Below are positions 25,997 to 37,202 of a stretch of DNA of 64,000 bases, piece after piece (position 1 is the stretch's first letter; the number at the start of each line of letters is the position of its first letter). The stretch covers positions 1,122 to 65,121 of the forward strand of contig JACQZI010000005.1 in NCBI GenBank assembly GCA_016207825.1, read 5' to 3'. Made by a program: the position numbers and the translations under genes. Source of the stretch: Planctomycetota bacterium (GTDB lineage Bacteria; Planctomycetota; MHYJ01; JACQXL01; JACQZI01). The notes beneath the pieces are model-generated. The model was not told the origin of the DNA. It saw only the letters and a program-made list of their open reading frames with translations, and searched no databases.

Positions 25997-27124
25997 ATGG
26001 TAAACGATTCATTCTCTGTTCAGGTGTATCCTTCCGGCCAAATCTACACGGCAAAAGAAAATCGTATCATTGGCGGCGACACTTTTTATTTGCGCACGGT
26101 TGTGATTAGAAACGACAGCGGTGAGGCGATTTCTATTATAGATGTAAAAATCTATTTATTATCAAGCGGAGTGGCGCGTGTTACAAACGAAATCAGCGGT
26201 AAAGTCCTTGAAACGATGTTGCAGGAAAGTTTTGATGGCATAAAACAATATTCCGGTTTCTGCCGGGGGTTTACTGACGTCAATACGGCATTATCAGTGA
26301 TAAAATTAGAGTATGGGGTTTTATTCAAAGAGCAGGATATCCAAACCCTTTCTAATACCGCAAACCTGCCGCCGGGGAAAATAGCCGTGTTGCATGGAAT
26401 CAGGGGGGATATCCCGTCAGAATTTAACATAGATTACCTGGATGTGGAAATTACGGCTAAAGACTCTAAAGGTAAACTAATTATTAAGAGAATTGGGTTG
26501 CCTCTTGTAAAATACCGGTGTAAAACAAAATTAACGTTTCCCTTTAAGGGGGTCTGGCAAGCCCAAACCCCTCACCGGTTCGGGCCGGTGCCGACAGAAT
26601 GCGCGGTTGATTTTGTCCAGATTGATAAGGAAGGGAACCTGTCTCCTAACCAAAGCAGTGAATTAAACAATTATTATGCCTTCGGAAAACCAATTCTTGC
26701 CCCAGCCGATGGAGTAATTGGAGATTGTTTTGACGATATGGCGGATAATCCGATTTATACCGACAGAATGCCTACTCCTGAAGAGTTGGATTATGCGGCA
26801 TTATTCAAAAAATATGGCTTAAAAACAGTTGGGGGAAATTACATAATAATCGACCACAACAACGGGGAATATTCATGCATCGGGCACTTAAAACATAAAT
26901 CATTGAAGGTAAAAAAGGGTGATTGTGTGCGTCAAGGGCAAACGGTAGCGGAATGCGGGAACAGCGGTGAATCGCCGATGCCTCATATACATTACCAACT
27001 GATGGATAAAGGTGATTTTTCAAATGCCCGCGGTTTGCCTGCGATATTCGAAGGAAGGATTCTTTTCCGTCCGGACAAAGGAGCCGTTTTGCCCAGAGAC
27101 GGGCAATATTGTATTAATGATTGA
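25997..27124 (+). CDS. M23 (LytM) family peptidase
   Basis: C-terminal motif GGNYIIIDHNNGEYSCIGHL…GNSGESPMPHIHYQL. Start taken at MVNDSF, immediately after a GTCCCGATT…ATCGGGG hairpin. Confidence 0.65.
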   Translation: MVNDSFSVQVYPSGQIYTAKENRIIGGDTFYLRTVVIRNDSGEAISIIDVKIYLLSSGVARVTNEISGKVLETMLQESFDGIKQYSGFCRGFTDVNTALSVIKLEYGVLFKEQDIQTLSNTANLPPGKIAVLHGIRGDIPSEFNIDYLDVEITAKDSKGKLIIKRIGLPLVKYRCKTKLTFPFKGVWQAQTPHRFGPVPTECAVDFVQIDKEGNLSPNQSSELNNYYAFGKPILAPADGVIGDCFDDMADNPIYTDRMPTPEELDYAALFKKYGLKTVGGNYIIIDHNNGEYSCIGHLKHKSLKVKKGDCVRQGQTVAECGNSGESPMPHIHYQLMDKGDFSNARGLPAIFEGRILFRPDKGAVLPRDGQYCIND

Positions 27125-27158
27125 GTATAAATTTTTTAATAAAAAGAAAGGAAAGTAT

Positions 27159-28427
27159 ATGAGAAAACTGATAATGGCTTGTTTAATGATTGGAATAATA
27201 GCGATTCCGTATTGGATTGCGGGAGAAGAAGAAAAAGAATCGCTGTTTGACGAACAGGCTGAACGGTTTAACGGATTGATTAGCCAGCTCGGCTCGGATG
27301 ACTTCGATACACGCCAAAAGGCGCAAGATGAATTAATCCAAATCGGCGAAAAGTTGATTGAAGAATATAAAAAAGTTAAGACTAAGAATGATAATGAAAA
27401 ACTAAAAGCTGAAAAATCTAAAATAAATGATTTTGCTGTCAGCATAAAAAAAACCTGCCAGAATAACGATCCGGAGATAAAAACCAGGGCGAATCAAATC
27501 AGGCGTCATTTTTATTATCAAAATATGCCGGAAATCGCTTTCATTTCCAATGAATCACGTAATTGTGTGATTAATTTGATAAAAATTGATGGGACGAACT
27601 GCCGGCAATTAAAAACAGAATACGGCAATAGCTATTGGCCGGACTGGAGCCCGGACGGCAAGAAGATTGTTTTTACCGCAGAGGTGCAGGGAAACTTTGA
27701 AATCAGGGTGATGGATGCTGACGGGAGAAACGAACGCAGATTAACACGTGATGAAAACAATTCATTATATCCTGTATGGAGCCCTGATGGGAAAAAGATT
27801 GCTTTCCGCAAGGATTCCAAGCAGGGCCGTATAATTTATATCATGGATGCCGACGGTAAAAGCCAGAAGCCTTTGACAGACGATGAAGATATTTTAAAAA
27901 CAATAAAACATATCGCAATAAACAGTGAAGAGATTAGCTGGTCTCCTGACGGCAAAAAAATCGCCTTTGTTTCGGGAATTGATGGTAATCCTGAAATTTA
28001 CACAATAACCACTGATGGAAAAACCCTACAGCGCCTGACTGAAAACCCGGCAGAGGATGTTAGTCCGGCCTGGAGTGCCGACGGCAAAAAGATAGTTTTT
28101 ACATCTAATCGGGATGGTGAAAATAAGATTTGTGTAATGCCTGCCTCGCCGCCCGCCTCGCCGAGCGAGAGCGAGGTTGGGGTAGGCGGGGATGTTAACG
28201 GTAAAGACCAAAGAATATTAACCCAAGGCTGTTCACCTGCTTGTTCTCCGGATGGCAAAAAAATAGCTTTTGTCCGCTCCCATACGATAGACTGTTCTGA
28301 TATCTATATAATGGATCTTGATGGTTCTAATGAGCATAGATTAACCAGCGGGCATGGGGGGCGAGGTTCGCCCTCTTGGAAACCGGGAGGGGTTTATGAA
28401 ATTTCTGAGCTGTTTAAAGAAAGGTAA
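27159..28427 (+). CDS. TolB-like PD40 beta-propeller protein with an N-terminal helical domain
   Basis: Repeated motif WSPDGKKI(A/V)F…DG…EIY(V/I)MDADG. SD aaaggaaag followed by ATG. Confidence 0.7.
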   Translation: MRKLIMACLMIGIIAIPYWIAGEEEKESLFDEQAERFNGLISQLGSDDFDTRQKAQDELIQIGEKLIEEYKKVKTKNDNEKLKAEKSKINDFAVSIKKTCQNNDPEIKTRANQIRRHFYYQNMPEIAFISNESRNCVINLIKIDGTNCRQLKTEYGNSYWPDWSPDGKKIVFTAEVQGNFEIRVMDADGRNERRLTRDENNSLYPVWSPDGKKIAFRKDSKQGRIIYIMDADGKSQKPLTDDEDILKTIKHIAINSEEISWSPDGKKIAFVSGIDGNPEIYTITTDGKTLQRLTENPAEDVSPAWSADGKKIVFTSNRDGENKICVMPASPPASPSESEVGVGGDVNGKDQRILTQGCSPACSPDGKKIAFVRSHTIDCSDIYIMDLDGSNEHRLTSGHGGRGSPSWKPGGVYEISELFKER

Positions 28428-28476
28428 CGAAGGAATTAAATGCCTGTTAAACAGTATTTTTAACAAAGGTATAAAT

Positions 28477-28683
28477 ATGGCCAATTTAGAAAATTGTCCC
28501 ATATGTGGGAATAAGATGGAAAAAGGATATCTAAATAGTCATTGGTGGCGGATTCGCTGGTCAATCAAAAAGATCTTTTGGATGTGGTCCGGAGAACCAT
28601 TAGGGAAAAGAGCTCTTTGGAGAGCGCCTACATTGGAAGCTGTTAGATGTAAAAATTGTAGAATAGGAATTTTTAATTATTAG
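28477..28683 (+). CDS. Small zinc-ribbon protein (CPICGN…CKNC)
   Basis: Two CxxC pairs. Confidence 0.4.
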   Translation: MANLENCPICGNKMEKGYLNSHWWRIRWSIKKIFWMWSGEPLGKRALWRAPTLEAVRCKNCRIGIFNY

Positions 28684-28913
28684 TACGAGTTACGCACACC
28701 CCGTCATTGCGAGGAGCGTAGCGACGAAGCAATCTCATATGCCCCTCATAAAACCGAGAGATTGCCACGGCGGACGGGCCGACGGGCAGGCTCGCTTCCT
28801 TCAGGACATCTATAATTACCTGCTTTTCCCAAGCCCCAACGCTTTACACACCGGGCATCCTGCGAGCGGAGCGTAGCAGGGTAAAAATATTTTACCAAAT
28901 TATCGGTTTTCCT

Positions 28914-28941
28914 TTGACAGTAAGTTTGGTAATGGTATAAT
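28914..28941 (+). promoter_or_regulatory. Near-consensus sigma-70 promoter TTGACA-16-TATAAT
   Basis: tTTGACAgtaagtttggtaatggTATAATact, 60 bp upstream of 29002. Confidence 0.6.
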
Positions 28942-29001
28942 ACTACAAAATAAAAATAACTATAACTATATTTTAAAAGGAGCCGGAATATAAAAAGACT
29001 G

Positions 29002-32000
29002 TTGAAACTAAGCGTAATAGGGTTGTTGTCAATGGTTATCTGCCTGGCTGGAAACGGTAAAATAGGGTTTGCTGAAGATGCCATCACCGGGTCTTCAGCC
29101 AGCAACGAAACCACTTCTCCCTCAAACGAGCTTGCCGGATTTTCCCAAGCCGTGCTTAAAGAGGAAATTACAAAGTCATCGGATAACCTGGAATCATCCA
29201 ATATCCAGCCTCCGTCATCAGGGCATAATACATTATATGTGACGGTTGGCTCAACAGGGACTGAAAGTTTCCAGGCAGGTGAGACTAAAAACATCTCACA
29301 TGTGATTACGTGGGACGAAGGCGACTTGTTCGGGTATTTTTGTATGGGTTATCTCAAGATAGTATTTGACCCGAATGTCGTGGAAATAGACCATGTCACA
29401 TCCGGGGTATTTTCTACTGGCTCATCGAGGAGAGGTCCCGGCTGGGTGATAGTTGACCCGTGGTTATGGTTTTCCGAGGATGATATTCCGCCCAGCGACC
29501 CGAACCGCTTGGCTTTCAGCATTACCTGGAAAGGCAAGCAGGCAGGCACGACCACATTTGCTTATAGTATTACAAATAGCAGTGGGACGATAATCAGGAA
29601 TTATTTCCTGACAGGGACAGTCCATAATATGCAGGCGGTTCCGGCGGTAGTCCAGTTCGCCCCGCAAATACAGCCGCCCGCCGCACCTGGTAATTTAGTA
29701 GCCACCGCTGTTTCTCCCCATCAAATAAACATTAGCTGGCAGGATAATTCGGATAATGAGCAAGGGTTTTATGTCGAACGTAAAATAGGTGAATCCGGTA
29801 CTTATACACAAATTATTGGGGTTAATTCTGATATAACTACTTACTCTGATACCGGTTTATCGGACGGCACGCTTTATTATTATCGGGTCAGGGCATACAA
29901 TCAGGCGGGTAACAGTGATTATTCTAATGAAGCCTCTGCGACCACTTTGCCGGAACTTCCCGCTGCTCCAACAAATTTAGCCGCCATTCCGTTTTCTCCT
30001 TCTGAGATTGACCTTACATGGTTAGATAATTCTAATAATGAAGATGGGTTTATAGTCGAGACAAAAACTAATCCCCAAGCGCCTTTTGAAATCTTTGCGG
30101 CAATCGGGCCAAACAACGGTTTCGGCACCACAATTACCTTTTTACACCTTCCTATTTCAGCAGAAACGACATATTATTACCGTGTCAGTGCATATAATCT
30201 AACTGGTCAAAGTAATTATTCCAATGAAGCCAATGCAATGACTTTCTTAAAATCGCCTTCGGATTTAGTCGCCGCCTCGGTTTCTTTCTCCCAGATAAAC
30301 CTTACCTGGCAGGACACTTCCAATTGCGAAGAAGGCGTAATTATTGAACGGAAAACGGGTATCTATGGTTCATTTGAACAGGTTGCCACGGTTACTTCAA
30401 ATGTTACTAATTACTCAAGCACAAACCTTCTCGATGGGACTCTTTATTTTTACCGCCTCAAGGCTTATAATAATCAGGGAGAAAGTTATTATTCTCAAGA
30501 AGCCAGCGCAATTACCAAGGCTATTAATATTGATAACTTAAGCGGTTTACTTAACCAATACTTTCAAGACGGGTCGATCAAGAATCAGGGTATCTATAAT
30601 TCTCTTCTGTCTAAACTCGATTCAGCGCAGGACTCTTTTAAAAACGGCAATCTTATTTCAATGGTCAACAAACTAAGTGCCTTTTGTAATGAAGTCAATG
30701 CACAAAAGGGAAAGCAGATTGGCAATGAAGCCGGACAGGTTTTAGAGGATGCCGCTAAAAAATTGTCGCAACCTATTGCATCCATTAAAGCAGGCGATGG
30801 GGTATCGCCTTTGCCACAATATTTTCAAGTCGGCAAGATTATAACATTTACCGGCATACCACCGGCAGGAGAAGGCACTTATGAATGGGAGATTATTCCT
30901 CCCAGCCAGGATGACGTTGAGATTCACGGTAATCGTACGGGCAAAATTGCTGGAGGTGTTAATCCAACCATTGGCGTCCACTTCAAAAAGCCAAGTACGG
31001 ACAAAGATGATACCGCCACGATAAAATTCAAATTCATACCAACCAAAGGTGAGACTAGCACCGTATATCAAATCGCCCCAGTAGTAGCTATAGATTTGGA
31101 CATACATAATGGATTATATGATTGGGTTACTACCGACCCAGATAAAAAAGATTGGACTGGGGGACAACTTCTTTCAGAAGATGAGGAAGATGATCTTAAA
31201 GGTGCCGTTACTGTGGCGAATAAGAACGATACGAATGGCGATGGAACAATGGATAGATGGCAGGATTCGGTTAAATATAAGGATGCTAAAGGCAGAAATG
31301 AAATAGATTTGATGCGGCTTGAACTACGTAAACCCGTGCCTGATTTAGGGGGAACCGTTAGCCTTAACGAAACTAACCGTAGCATCGCTGTGATTTGGAA
31401 ACAGTCCACTAAAGAAGAAAAGGAGAGACGACGTGTATTTAACACCTCTGACTTACCAATAACATTGTGGGTTGAGACAGTTGAACCAAGTACGAAATTA
31501 AGGGATATTAGTTTTACACTGGAATATCAAGGAGCAAATGATACTGTCAAAGCCACTGCCGTTTGGGTGATTCTGAATAGGGCTTATTATACCAGAGCTA
31601 CAAGTGGTGATGAGAACAAGATACCTGATTATCTTAATGATATTGACGAAAATTATCTTCGCAAGACAGACATTCAAAACAATCAAGCATCTGACAGTTC
31701 ATACTATGGTCTTGGCTCCTACACGGACGAAGACGGAAATACGCAGCTTGGCGGTAGAATTTTATTTGAATGGAATATTATTCCAAACGGGGAAGAATTG
31801 CGAAAATTAGGGGTGGTATTTGATGTTACTAGACAAGCTATGTGGCGTGCGTATGGAATCCAAAGCGGTAAGAGAATCTTAGAGCCTGTCGCTCCTCCAG
31901 ACAAATGGAAATTTCCCGAAAACCGAACTCCTGCAATGGATAATGAAACCCCAAATGATAATGGTCATCCAGAGGATGAAGACAATGAGCCAGAAAATTC

Positions 32001-32583
32001 AATGATATATTCTTCTGACAGACCAGGATATCCCAGTAGCTTGACGGGGATTGCTTTTGTTACATACCGCAGTTGGTTTAAGGAATTGGTTCGGATTCAG
32101 TTAAATAACACTCCTTTCAAACATGATAATGAAAAAATCCTTCAGGATGTTCAAGGGAGTCGAGCTTCAGCTAAAAAAGATTGGCATATAGTATTTTATA
32201 CTGTTAGAAATAGTGATGGTGAAATGGAGAGGGATACCGCACCTACAACTTGTTCTGTCCCAATAAAAACCGGAACCGGTAATGGAACATTTTCTACTGC
32301 GCTATCAACAAATGCCGTAACCGAAGGGTTTGCCGCAACTTATGATGCAACTAATCAGAAATGGACATTAACAGGCACGAACAGCCAGCCAGTTAGTGCT
32401 TCCCTTGCCAATGGAATCTGGACGCTTACTGTGCAAAATAAAATAACCGTAACCATAACTCAAGGGACCACTGCTTTTGCTAATGGAGATAGATTTACGT
32501 TTAGTGTCTTTAAAACATCTGCGCCAGATGGGAAAGGATATGACCTCGGTTTTGGTCCAATTGATGTTTTAGACATCCCATAA
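29002..32583 (+). CDS. Large exported cell-surface protein with four Fn3 domains
   Basis: Signal peptide (TTG start). Fn3 signature WxDNSxNExGFxVERK…YYYRVxAYN repeats four times. Confidence 0.65.
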   Translation: MKLSVIGLLSMVICLAGNGKIGFAEDAITGSSASNETTSPSNELAGFSQAVLKEEITKSSDNLESSNIQPPSSGHNTLYVTVGSTGTESFQAGETKNISHVITWDEGDLFGYFCMGYLKIVFDPNVVEIDHVTSGVFSTGSSRRGPGWVIVDPWLWFSEDDIPPSDPNRLAFSITWKGKQAGTTTFAYSITNSSGTIIRNYFLTGTVHNMQAVPAVVQFAPQIQPPAAPGNLVATAVSPHQINISWQDNSDNEQGFYVERKIGESGTYTQIIGVNSDITTYSDTGLSDGTLYYYRVRAYNQAGNSDYSNEASATTLPELPAAPTNLAAIPFSPSEIDLTWLDNSNNEDGFIVETKTNPQAPFEIFAAIGPNNGFGTTITFLHLPISAETTYYYRVSAYNLTGQSNYSNEANAMTFLKSPSDLVAASVSFSQINLTWQDTSNCEEGVIIERKTGIYGSFEQVATVTSNVTNYSSTNLLDGTLYFYRLKAYNNQGESYYSQEASAITKAINIDNLSGLLNQYFQDGSIKNQGIYNSLLSKLDSAQDSFKNGNLISMVNKLSAFCNEVNAQKGKQIGNEAGQVLEDAAKKLSQPIASIKAGDGVSPLPQYFQVGKIITFTGIPPAGEGTYEWEIIPPSQDDVEIHGNRTGKIAGGVNPTIGVHFKKPSTDKDDTATIKFKFIPTKGETSTVYQIAPVVAIDLDIHNGLYDWVTTDPDKKDWTGGQLLSEDEEDDLKGAVTVANKNDTNGDGTMDRWQDSVKYKDAKGRNEIDLMRLELRKPVPDLGGTVSLNETNRSIAVIWKQSTKEEKERRRVFNTSDLPITLWVETVEPSTKLRDISFTLEYQGANDTVKATAVWVILNRAYYTRATSGDENKIPDYLNDIDENYLRKTDIQNNQASDSSYYGLGSYTDEDGNTQLGGRILFEWNIIPNGEELRKLGVVFDVTRQAMWRAYGIQSGKRILEPVAPPDKWKFPENRTPAMDNETPNDNGHPEDEDNEPENSMIYSSDRPGYPSSLTGIAFVTYRSWFKELVRIQLNNTPFKHDNEKILQDVQGSRASAKKDWHIVFYTVRNSDGEMERDTAPTTCSVPIKTGTGNGTFSTALSTNAVTEGFAATYDATNQKWTLTGTNSQPVSASLANGIWTLTVQNKITVTITQGTTAFANGDRFTFSVFKTSAPDGKGYDLGFGPIDVLDIP

Positions 32584-32602
32584 TCAAAGGAGATGTTTCG
32601 TT

Positions 32603-33250
32603 ATGAGAATAACTTGCAATTTAATACTAATAGGTATGCTAAGTTTTTTATGTGGTTGTATGCAACGTGAAAATGAAATCGATATAAACGAAAAAGGCAA
32701 AAGGGAAAATATATACATTACTGATAGGACGGAATGGGAAATCAGTGCGGAAAAACACTTAGCGGAATCCGACAAATTAACTGATATTTTTATCGCCATT
32801 GCGGAAGCAAAAGATAAACCTAAACCCACAGAAATAAGCGGAGACTTGCGCGCCCGTATCGGGCTTGAGAACAGGAGATTATTGGCAATAATATTATTAG
32901 GTGAGTTAGAGACAAAAAAGGCAATCCAATTCCTTGTAGATAGTATTACATTGAATCTTGAACCAGCCTTTAATGGCGAGGAAGGAATGATTAAACGACA
33001 CCCTTGTTCTTATGTATTAAGAAAGTCAGGCTGGAAAGTTATTCCTTTTATTCTAAAGGCATTGGAACAAGCCAAAACCGATAAAGAGATGAATTATTTA
33101 TATGGGGTTTTAAAAAGTATTCTCGGTATAAGACTATCACGAGCTGTCATCCAAAGTGAAATAGAAACGTTTAAGGATGATAAGGATAAAGCGACTTATA
33201 TCAATAACCTCAACCAGATAAAACAGTATTTAGAAAAGCCGGATAAATAA
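32603..33250 (+). CDS. Lipoprotein
   Basis: Lipobox LSFLCGC. Confidence 0.5.
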   Translation: MRITCNLILIGMLSFLCGCMQRENEIDINEKGKRENIYITDRTEWEISAEKHLAESDKLTDIFIAIAEAKDKPKPTEISGDLRARIGLENRRLLAIILLGELETKKAIQFLVDSITLNLEPAFNGEEGMIKRHPCSYVLRKSGWKVIPFILKALEQAKTDKEMNYLYGVLKSILGIRLSRAVIQSEIETFKDDKDKATYINNLNQIKQYLEKPDK

Positions 33251-33360
33251 AAATCAGCGTTATAATCCCCTTGCAATAAAGGAGTTGTATCGGTGGGAAG
33301 TGATAGTATGCAAGAGGCATCTCTAAATGCTATAATAGCAGCAAAAAAAGGAGGTGCTTT

Positions 33361-36300
33361 ATGGGTATATCACAAGCGGGAATAAATTGCTTTGTTGGAA
33401 TTGACCAACATAAACATTACTCACAGGTGGCGGTTAAAGATAAGGAAGGAACTGTCCCGAAATTACCGCCGAAATTACCGATCACTGAACTGCAAATGAA
33501 AGCCGAAGCCGGTGACGCAAAGGCACAATATAGATTAGGACGGCTCTATTATGACGGCAAGGGCGTTGACAAGGATGAAAAGAAGGCAATAACATTTTTT
33601 AAGTTAGCAGCTAAACAGGGACATAAAAAATCTATATCTATGCTTAAAGCATTAGGCGAGTCCATTCCGGCGGTAGTCCAGTTCGCCCCGCAAATACAGC
33701 CGCCCGCCGCACCTGGTAATTTAGTAGCCACCGCTGTTTCTCCCCATCAAATAGACCTTAGCTGGACGGATAATTCTGATAATGAACAAGGGTTTATAGT
33801 TGAAAGCAAAACCAGTTGTTATGATCCGTTTGTGCAAATCGCTACGGTAGGCCCGAATAATATCAATTATTCGCATACAGGGCTTTTGCCGGGAACGGTT
33901 CATTATTATCGCGTTTGTGCCTATAACCAAGCTGGTAACAGTAATTATTCTAATAAAGCCGCTGCCGTTACCTTTGCTGATATCCCTGTTGTAGGACAAA
34001 CGATAGATTTACTGAACAATTACAATACTCAAGGTGCTTTTAAAAATCCTGGAATCTACAATTCATTGCTTACCAAGCTAAACACAGCACAGAGTTATAT
34101 CAGTCAGGGAAATTATCAAGCCGCTCTGGAACAACTCAATGCTTTATTAAACGCAATCAAAGCACAAACCGGTAAAGGAGTTACTGTAGAGGTGGCTGAA
34201 GGTTTAGCCCAATCCGTTAATACCTTAGCGGATTATCTCTCATTACGCTCTGGTCTGCCGGTAAGTTTTAAGTTATATCTCTATGGATACCCCTGTGAAA
34301 ACGAAACTGTTATTGACCTGCCTGACGGCAATACGGTTCGGACGAAAATGTCCGGTGACCTTACTGTAGGACTTGCCCCAACTGGGAATCCCGATATTCT
34401 TTCAATAACTATTAATGAAGCGAGTTATACAGGGACGGCATTTACTGTAAATGGCGTAGATTTCGGCGAATCTTATATTTCGCATGACCCGAATAATCTT
34501 TCACAGGGGACTCTTAATTGCCGAACCGGAGAAATTGTTATAACAGAGAAAGTATTAATAAAAAGCGCGTATCTTGAATCTATAGGTAGGTCGCCCCTGC
34601 CGTTTCAATCTGTAGCAAAAGGCACTTTTTATCCGTTTGGTTTAAGAAACGGTGTTATTCAGACGGTAAGTCAGGGTGTTTTTTCGCAGACAGGCACTCC
34701 TTTAGACGGTGCGCAATACAGCACTACTTCCCGCAAACAGGCTAAGAAACCGAAAACCAAAATAGTAGTCGTACCCTTTCAATATGTTGAAACAGAGACC
34801 CCAAGACAAGTATTGGTTAAACTTGTAACAGACGAACCGGTTGAGGAAGAGGTTACTGAAACCCCTTCAATAACCATAATGAGAGATGATGTAAAATCAG
34901 GTAATGCTATTGTTACGAGTCCACCGCTAACTTTTATAATACCAGTTGGTCAAACAGAAAGCGACACTAAAGCAGTAATACTTGACGGCACAAAAGTTAG
35001 CAAGCAAGAAGACGATGTTACTTTGATAGTAGGTTTTGCCGAGGAACGATTTAGCGTGATTGACTTACAGGCAACTTTTAATACACCCATTAAACCGGAT
35101 TTTGTATGTGTAGATGGTTTAGGAAGCTATACTATAAATTTATTGGGACCACAAGGGACAAAAGGGGAACTTATTAACGAGATAAAAATAACACCTGATA
35201 CTAATGCCAAAGTCCTTCCTATGAAATTTTATACTTTTGCCGTAAATGATTCTCTAACACTACGGATTTACGGAAAAAATCCAAGTACAGACTTAAACAA
35301 AACAAATTTTACGGCTACTGCTCAGATAAGCGATGTTACTATTAATCTGGAAATGACGTTTACGGTTATTAAATTAGAAAAAATAGAGTTGGTGAGCGGT
35401 GCAACTATGGTTGCTGATGGAACAGCTACCCCTGCCGATACTGATATTTGCGCGGCAATAAAAGAAACAGGAGATGTTTTATTAAAAGCAGTTATTAAGC
35501 CAGCCTCTGTCGAACCTTTGCTTCCTCCTGATGCTATAATCTGGAAAGGCGGCGAAGGTGTATCAGGAAATCAATTACAAAGAAAGGTTTCCAAATCAAC
35601 TTGGGTAAAAAATACAGTAACCGCCACGCTATATGGAACTAATCGCACTGTTACGATGCTTGCTTATATCATCGGGGCGGAACCAACAGATTTCAGCCCG
35701 AGGAATGGTACCGGCGGAACGCATTTTAGTGATAATAATGCAGCTTGGTTTGTAAGTACAGGAGTCTTTGGTCCTAACTCAACAACTGGAAGTTATGCAA
35801 GTCGTTGTGAGATAGAATTTACTGTCAAACCTGATATTTTAATTACAGACGGCAATGCAAATCTTTTTGATAAAACTCAAATTCAATGGGATGTTAGCCG
35901 AAATAAAAGGGTTAAGGTTTGGCGAAAGACGGCCGGAACATGGTCGGTGATAGATGACCGTTCTTCCAGTTGGCCAACAAATGATACGGTAGATACCGAT
36001 GAGGATAACAATCCGTGGGATGGAAACGGTCATTTATATGGTAATGACGAACCATCTTGGGCAGGTAGCGGACAAGGTATTGTTGATAAGATGAATATGC
36101 GCGAATGGGTGCGGGTTGGTCTTGGTGGTGTCTCTGGCAGAGATGGAGTACGCTGTTCAGATTATTACCTCTGGCATGTCTTCCGTTCAATAAAATTGAA
36201 TGGGATTTGGTCTGCAGATAATACTTACGGAAACGAGATTGCTCTGGGTAATATCTTCTGGGGAGCAATTCCTATTGCAGGAGTGGAAATTACAACTGCT

Positions 36301-36579
36301 TCATTGCCAGATGGAAAAGTAGGGCAAGTATATAGTCAAACGCTGTCAAGTAGTGGCGGCACGGCTCCGATTATCTGGAGTCTGGATATAGGAACACTTC
36401 CGCCAGGTTTAATCCTGAATGCTTCCGGTGGAATAAGCGGGACACCAACCTTGGCAGGGACATTTACCTTTGATGTAGAAGCACAGGATTCTTCACCAGC
36501 ATTGCCGTCACCACCTGCCCTATCAGGGCAAGGACCGTCAGCAGATATTCAAACTCTTACTATAAAAATAAAGAAATAG
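33361..36579 (+). CDS. Large surface protein with a Sel1 repeat, an Fn3 domain and a C-terminal dystroglycan/cadherin-like 'putative Ig' domain
   Basis: KAQYRLGRLYYDGKGV (Sel1); an Fn3 block identical to part of ORF 29002; a C-terminal …GGTAPIIWSL…LPPGL.LNASGGISGTPT… domain. Confidence 0.6.
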   Translation: MGISQAGINCFVGIDQHKHYSQVAVKDKEGTVPKLPPKLPITELQMKAEAGDAKAQYRLGRLYYDGKGVDKDEKKAITFFKLAAKQGHKKSISMLKALGESIPAVVQFAPQIQPPAAPGNLVATAVSPHQIDLSWTDNSDNEQGFIVESKTSCYDPFVQIATVGPNNINYSHTGLLPGTVHYYRVCAYNQAGNSNYSNKAAAVTFADIPVVGQTIDLLNNYNTQGAFKNPGIYNSLLTKLNTAQSYISQGNYQAALEQLNALLNAIKAQTGKGVTVEVAEGLAQSVNTLADYLSLRSGLPVSFKLYLYGYPCENETVIDLPDGNTVRTKMSGDLTVGLAPTGNPDILSITINEASYTGTAFTVNGVDFGESYISHDPNNLSQGTLNCRTGEIVITEKVLIKSAYLESIGRSPLPFQSVAKGTFYPFGLRNGVIQTVSQGVFSQTGTPLDGAQYSTTSRKQAKKPKTKIVVVPFQYVETETPRQVLVKLVTDEPVEEEVTETPSITIMRDDVKSGNAIVTSPPLTFIIPVGQTESDTKAVILDGTKVSKQEDDVTLIVGFAEERFSVIDLQATFNTPIKPDFVCVDGLGSYTINLLGPQGTKGELINEIKITPDTNAKVLPMKFYTFAVNDSLTLRIYGKNPSTDLNKTNFTATAQISDVTINLEMTFTVIKLEKIELVSGATMVADGTATPADTDICAAIKETGDVLLKAVIKPASVEPLLPPDAIIWKGGEGVSGNQLQRKVSKSTWVKNTVTATLYGTNRTVTMLAYIIGAEPTDFSPRNGTGGTHFSDNNAAWFVSTGVFGPNSTTGSYASRCEIEFTVKPDILITDGNANLFDKTQIQWDVSRNKRVKVWRKTAGTWSVIDDRSSSWPTNDTVDTDEDNNPWDGNGHLYGNDEPSWAGSGQGIVDKMNMREWVRVGLGGVSGRDGVRCSDYYLWHVFRSIKLNGIWSADNTYGNEIALGNIFWGAIPIAGVEITTASLPDGKVGQVYSQTLSSSGGTAPIIWSLDIGTLPPGLILNASGGISGTPTLAGTFTFDVEAQDSSPALPSPPALSGQGPSADIQTLTIKIKK

Positions 36580-36590
36580 GGGGTTTTATT

Positions 36591-37202
36591 ATGATTAAGA
36601 AATTGTTGTTAATCGGTTTATTGATGAGTTCGTTGTTGATAATAGCATTATATGCTGAAGAGATGAAACTAACCATTGTAGCTGGTTTATTAAGCGAGGA
36701 TGTATTAGAACGAGGAACAACTTATAATAAGATACTTGACCAAAGGAAGAATACTATTAATGAACTCGTTTCTATCATTAATCAACCTAATATTGATAAA
36801 TCTTCTGAATCGAATTCATTCTATTATGCTATTGAATTATTAAAGATATCAAGAGCAAAAGAAGCAGTGAACGCCCTCTCTAACCATTTGATGTATGTAT
36901 ATGACTATCTAAGAACAGACGAGACACTTCCATCTGAATATTATTATGTGGTCGCGGTTGCGCTGGTGGAAATAGGCAACCAATCTATTGAATCAATGCT
37001 TGCCAAAATCCAGAAGGGCGACTCGGAAGAAGAACGAAACTTAGCCGCATGGGTAATAATGCAGATTGATGGTAAAGAACAGGCTTTAAATAGAATGGAT
37101 ATAATGATAAATAAAGGTGGCGAAAGCAAAGAAAGATTTGAATCAGCCAAGAAATACATAGAAAATTATAAACCGACCTCTGGACGTCCAAAAAAGAAAT
37201 AA
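36591..37202 (+). CDS. Hypothetical exported protein
   Basis: Signal peptide. Confidence 0.4.
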   Translation: MIKKLLLIGLLMSSLLIIALYAEEMKLTIVAGLLSEDVLERGTTYNKILDQRKNTINELVSIINQPNIDKSSESNSFYYAIELLKISRAKEAVNALSNHLMYVYDYLRTDETLPSEYYYVVAVALVEIGNQSIESMLAKIQKGDSEEERNLAAWVIMQIDGKEQALNRMDIMINKGGESKERFESAKKYIENYKPTSGRPKKK

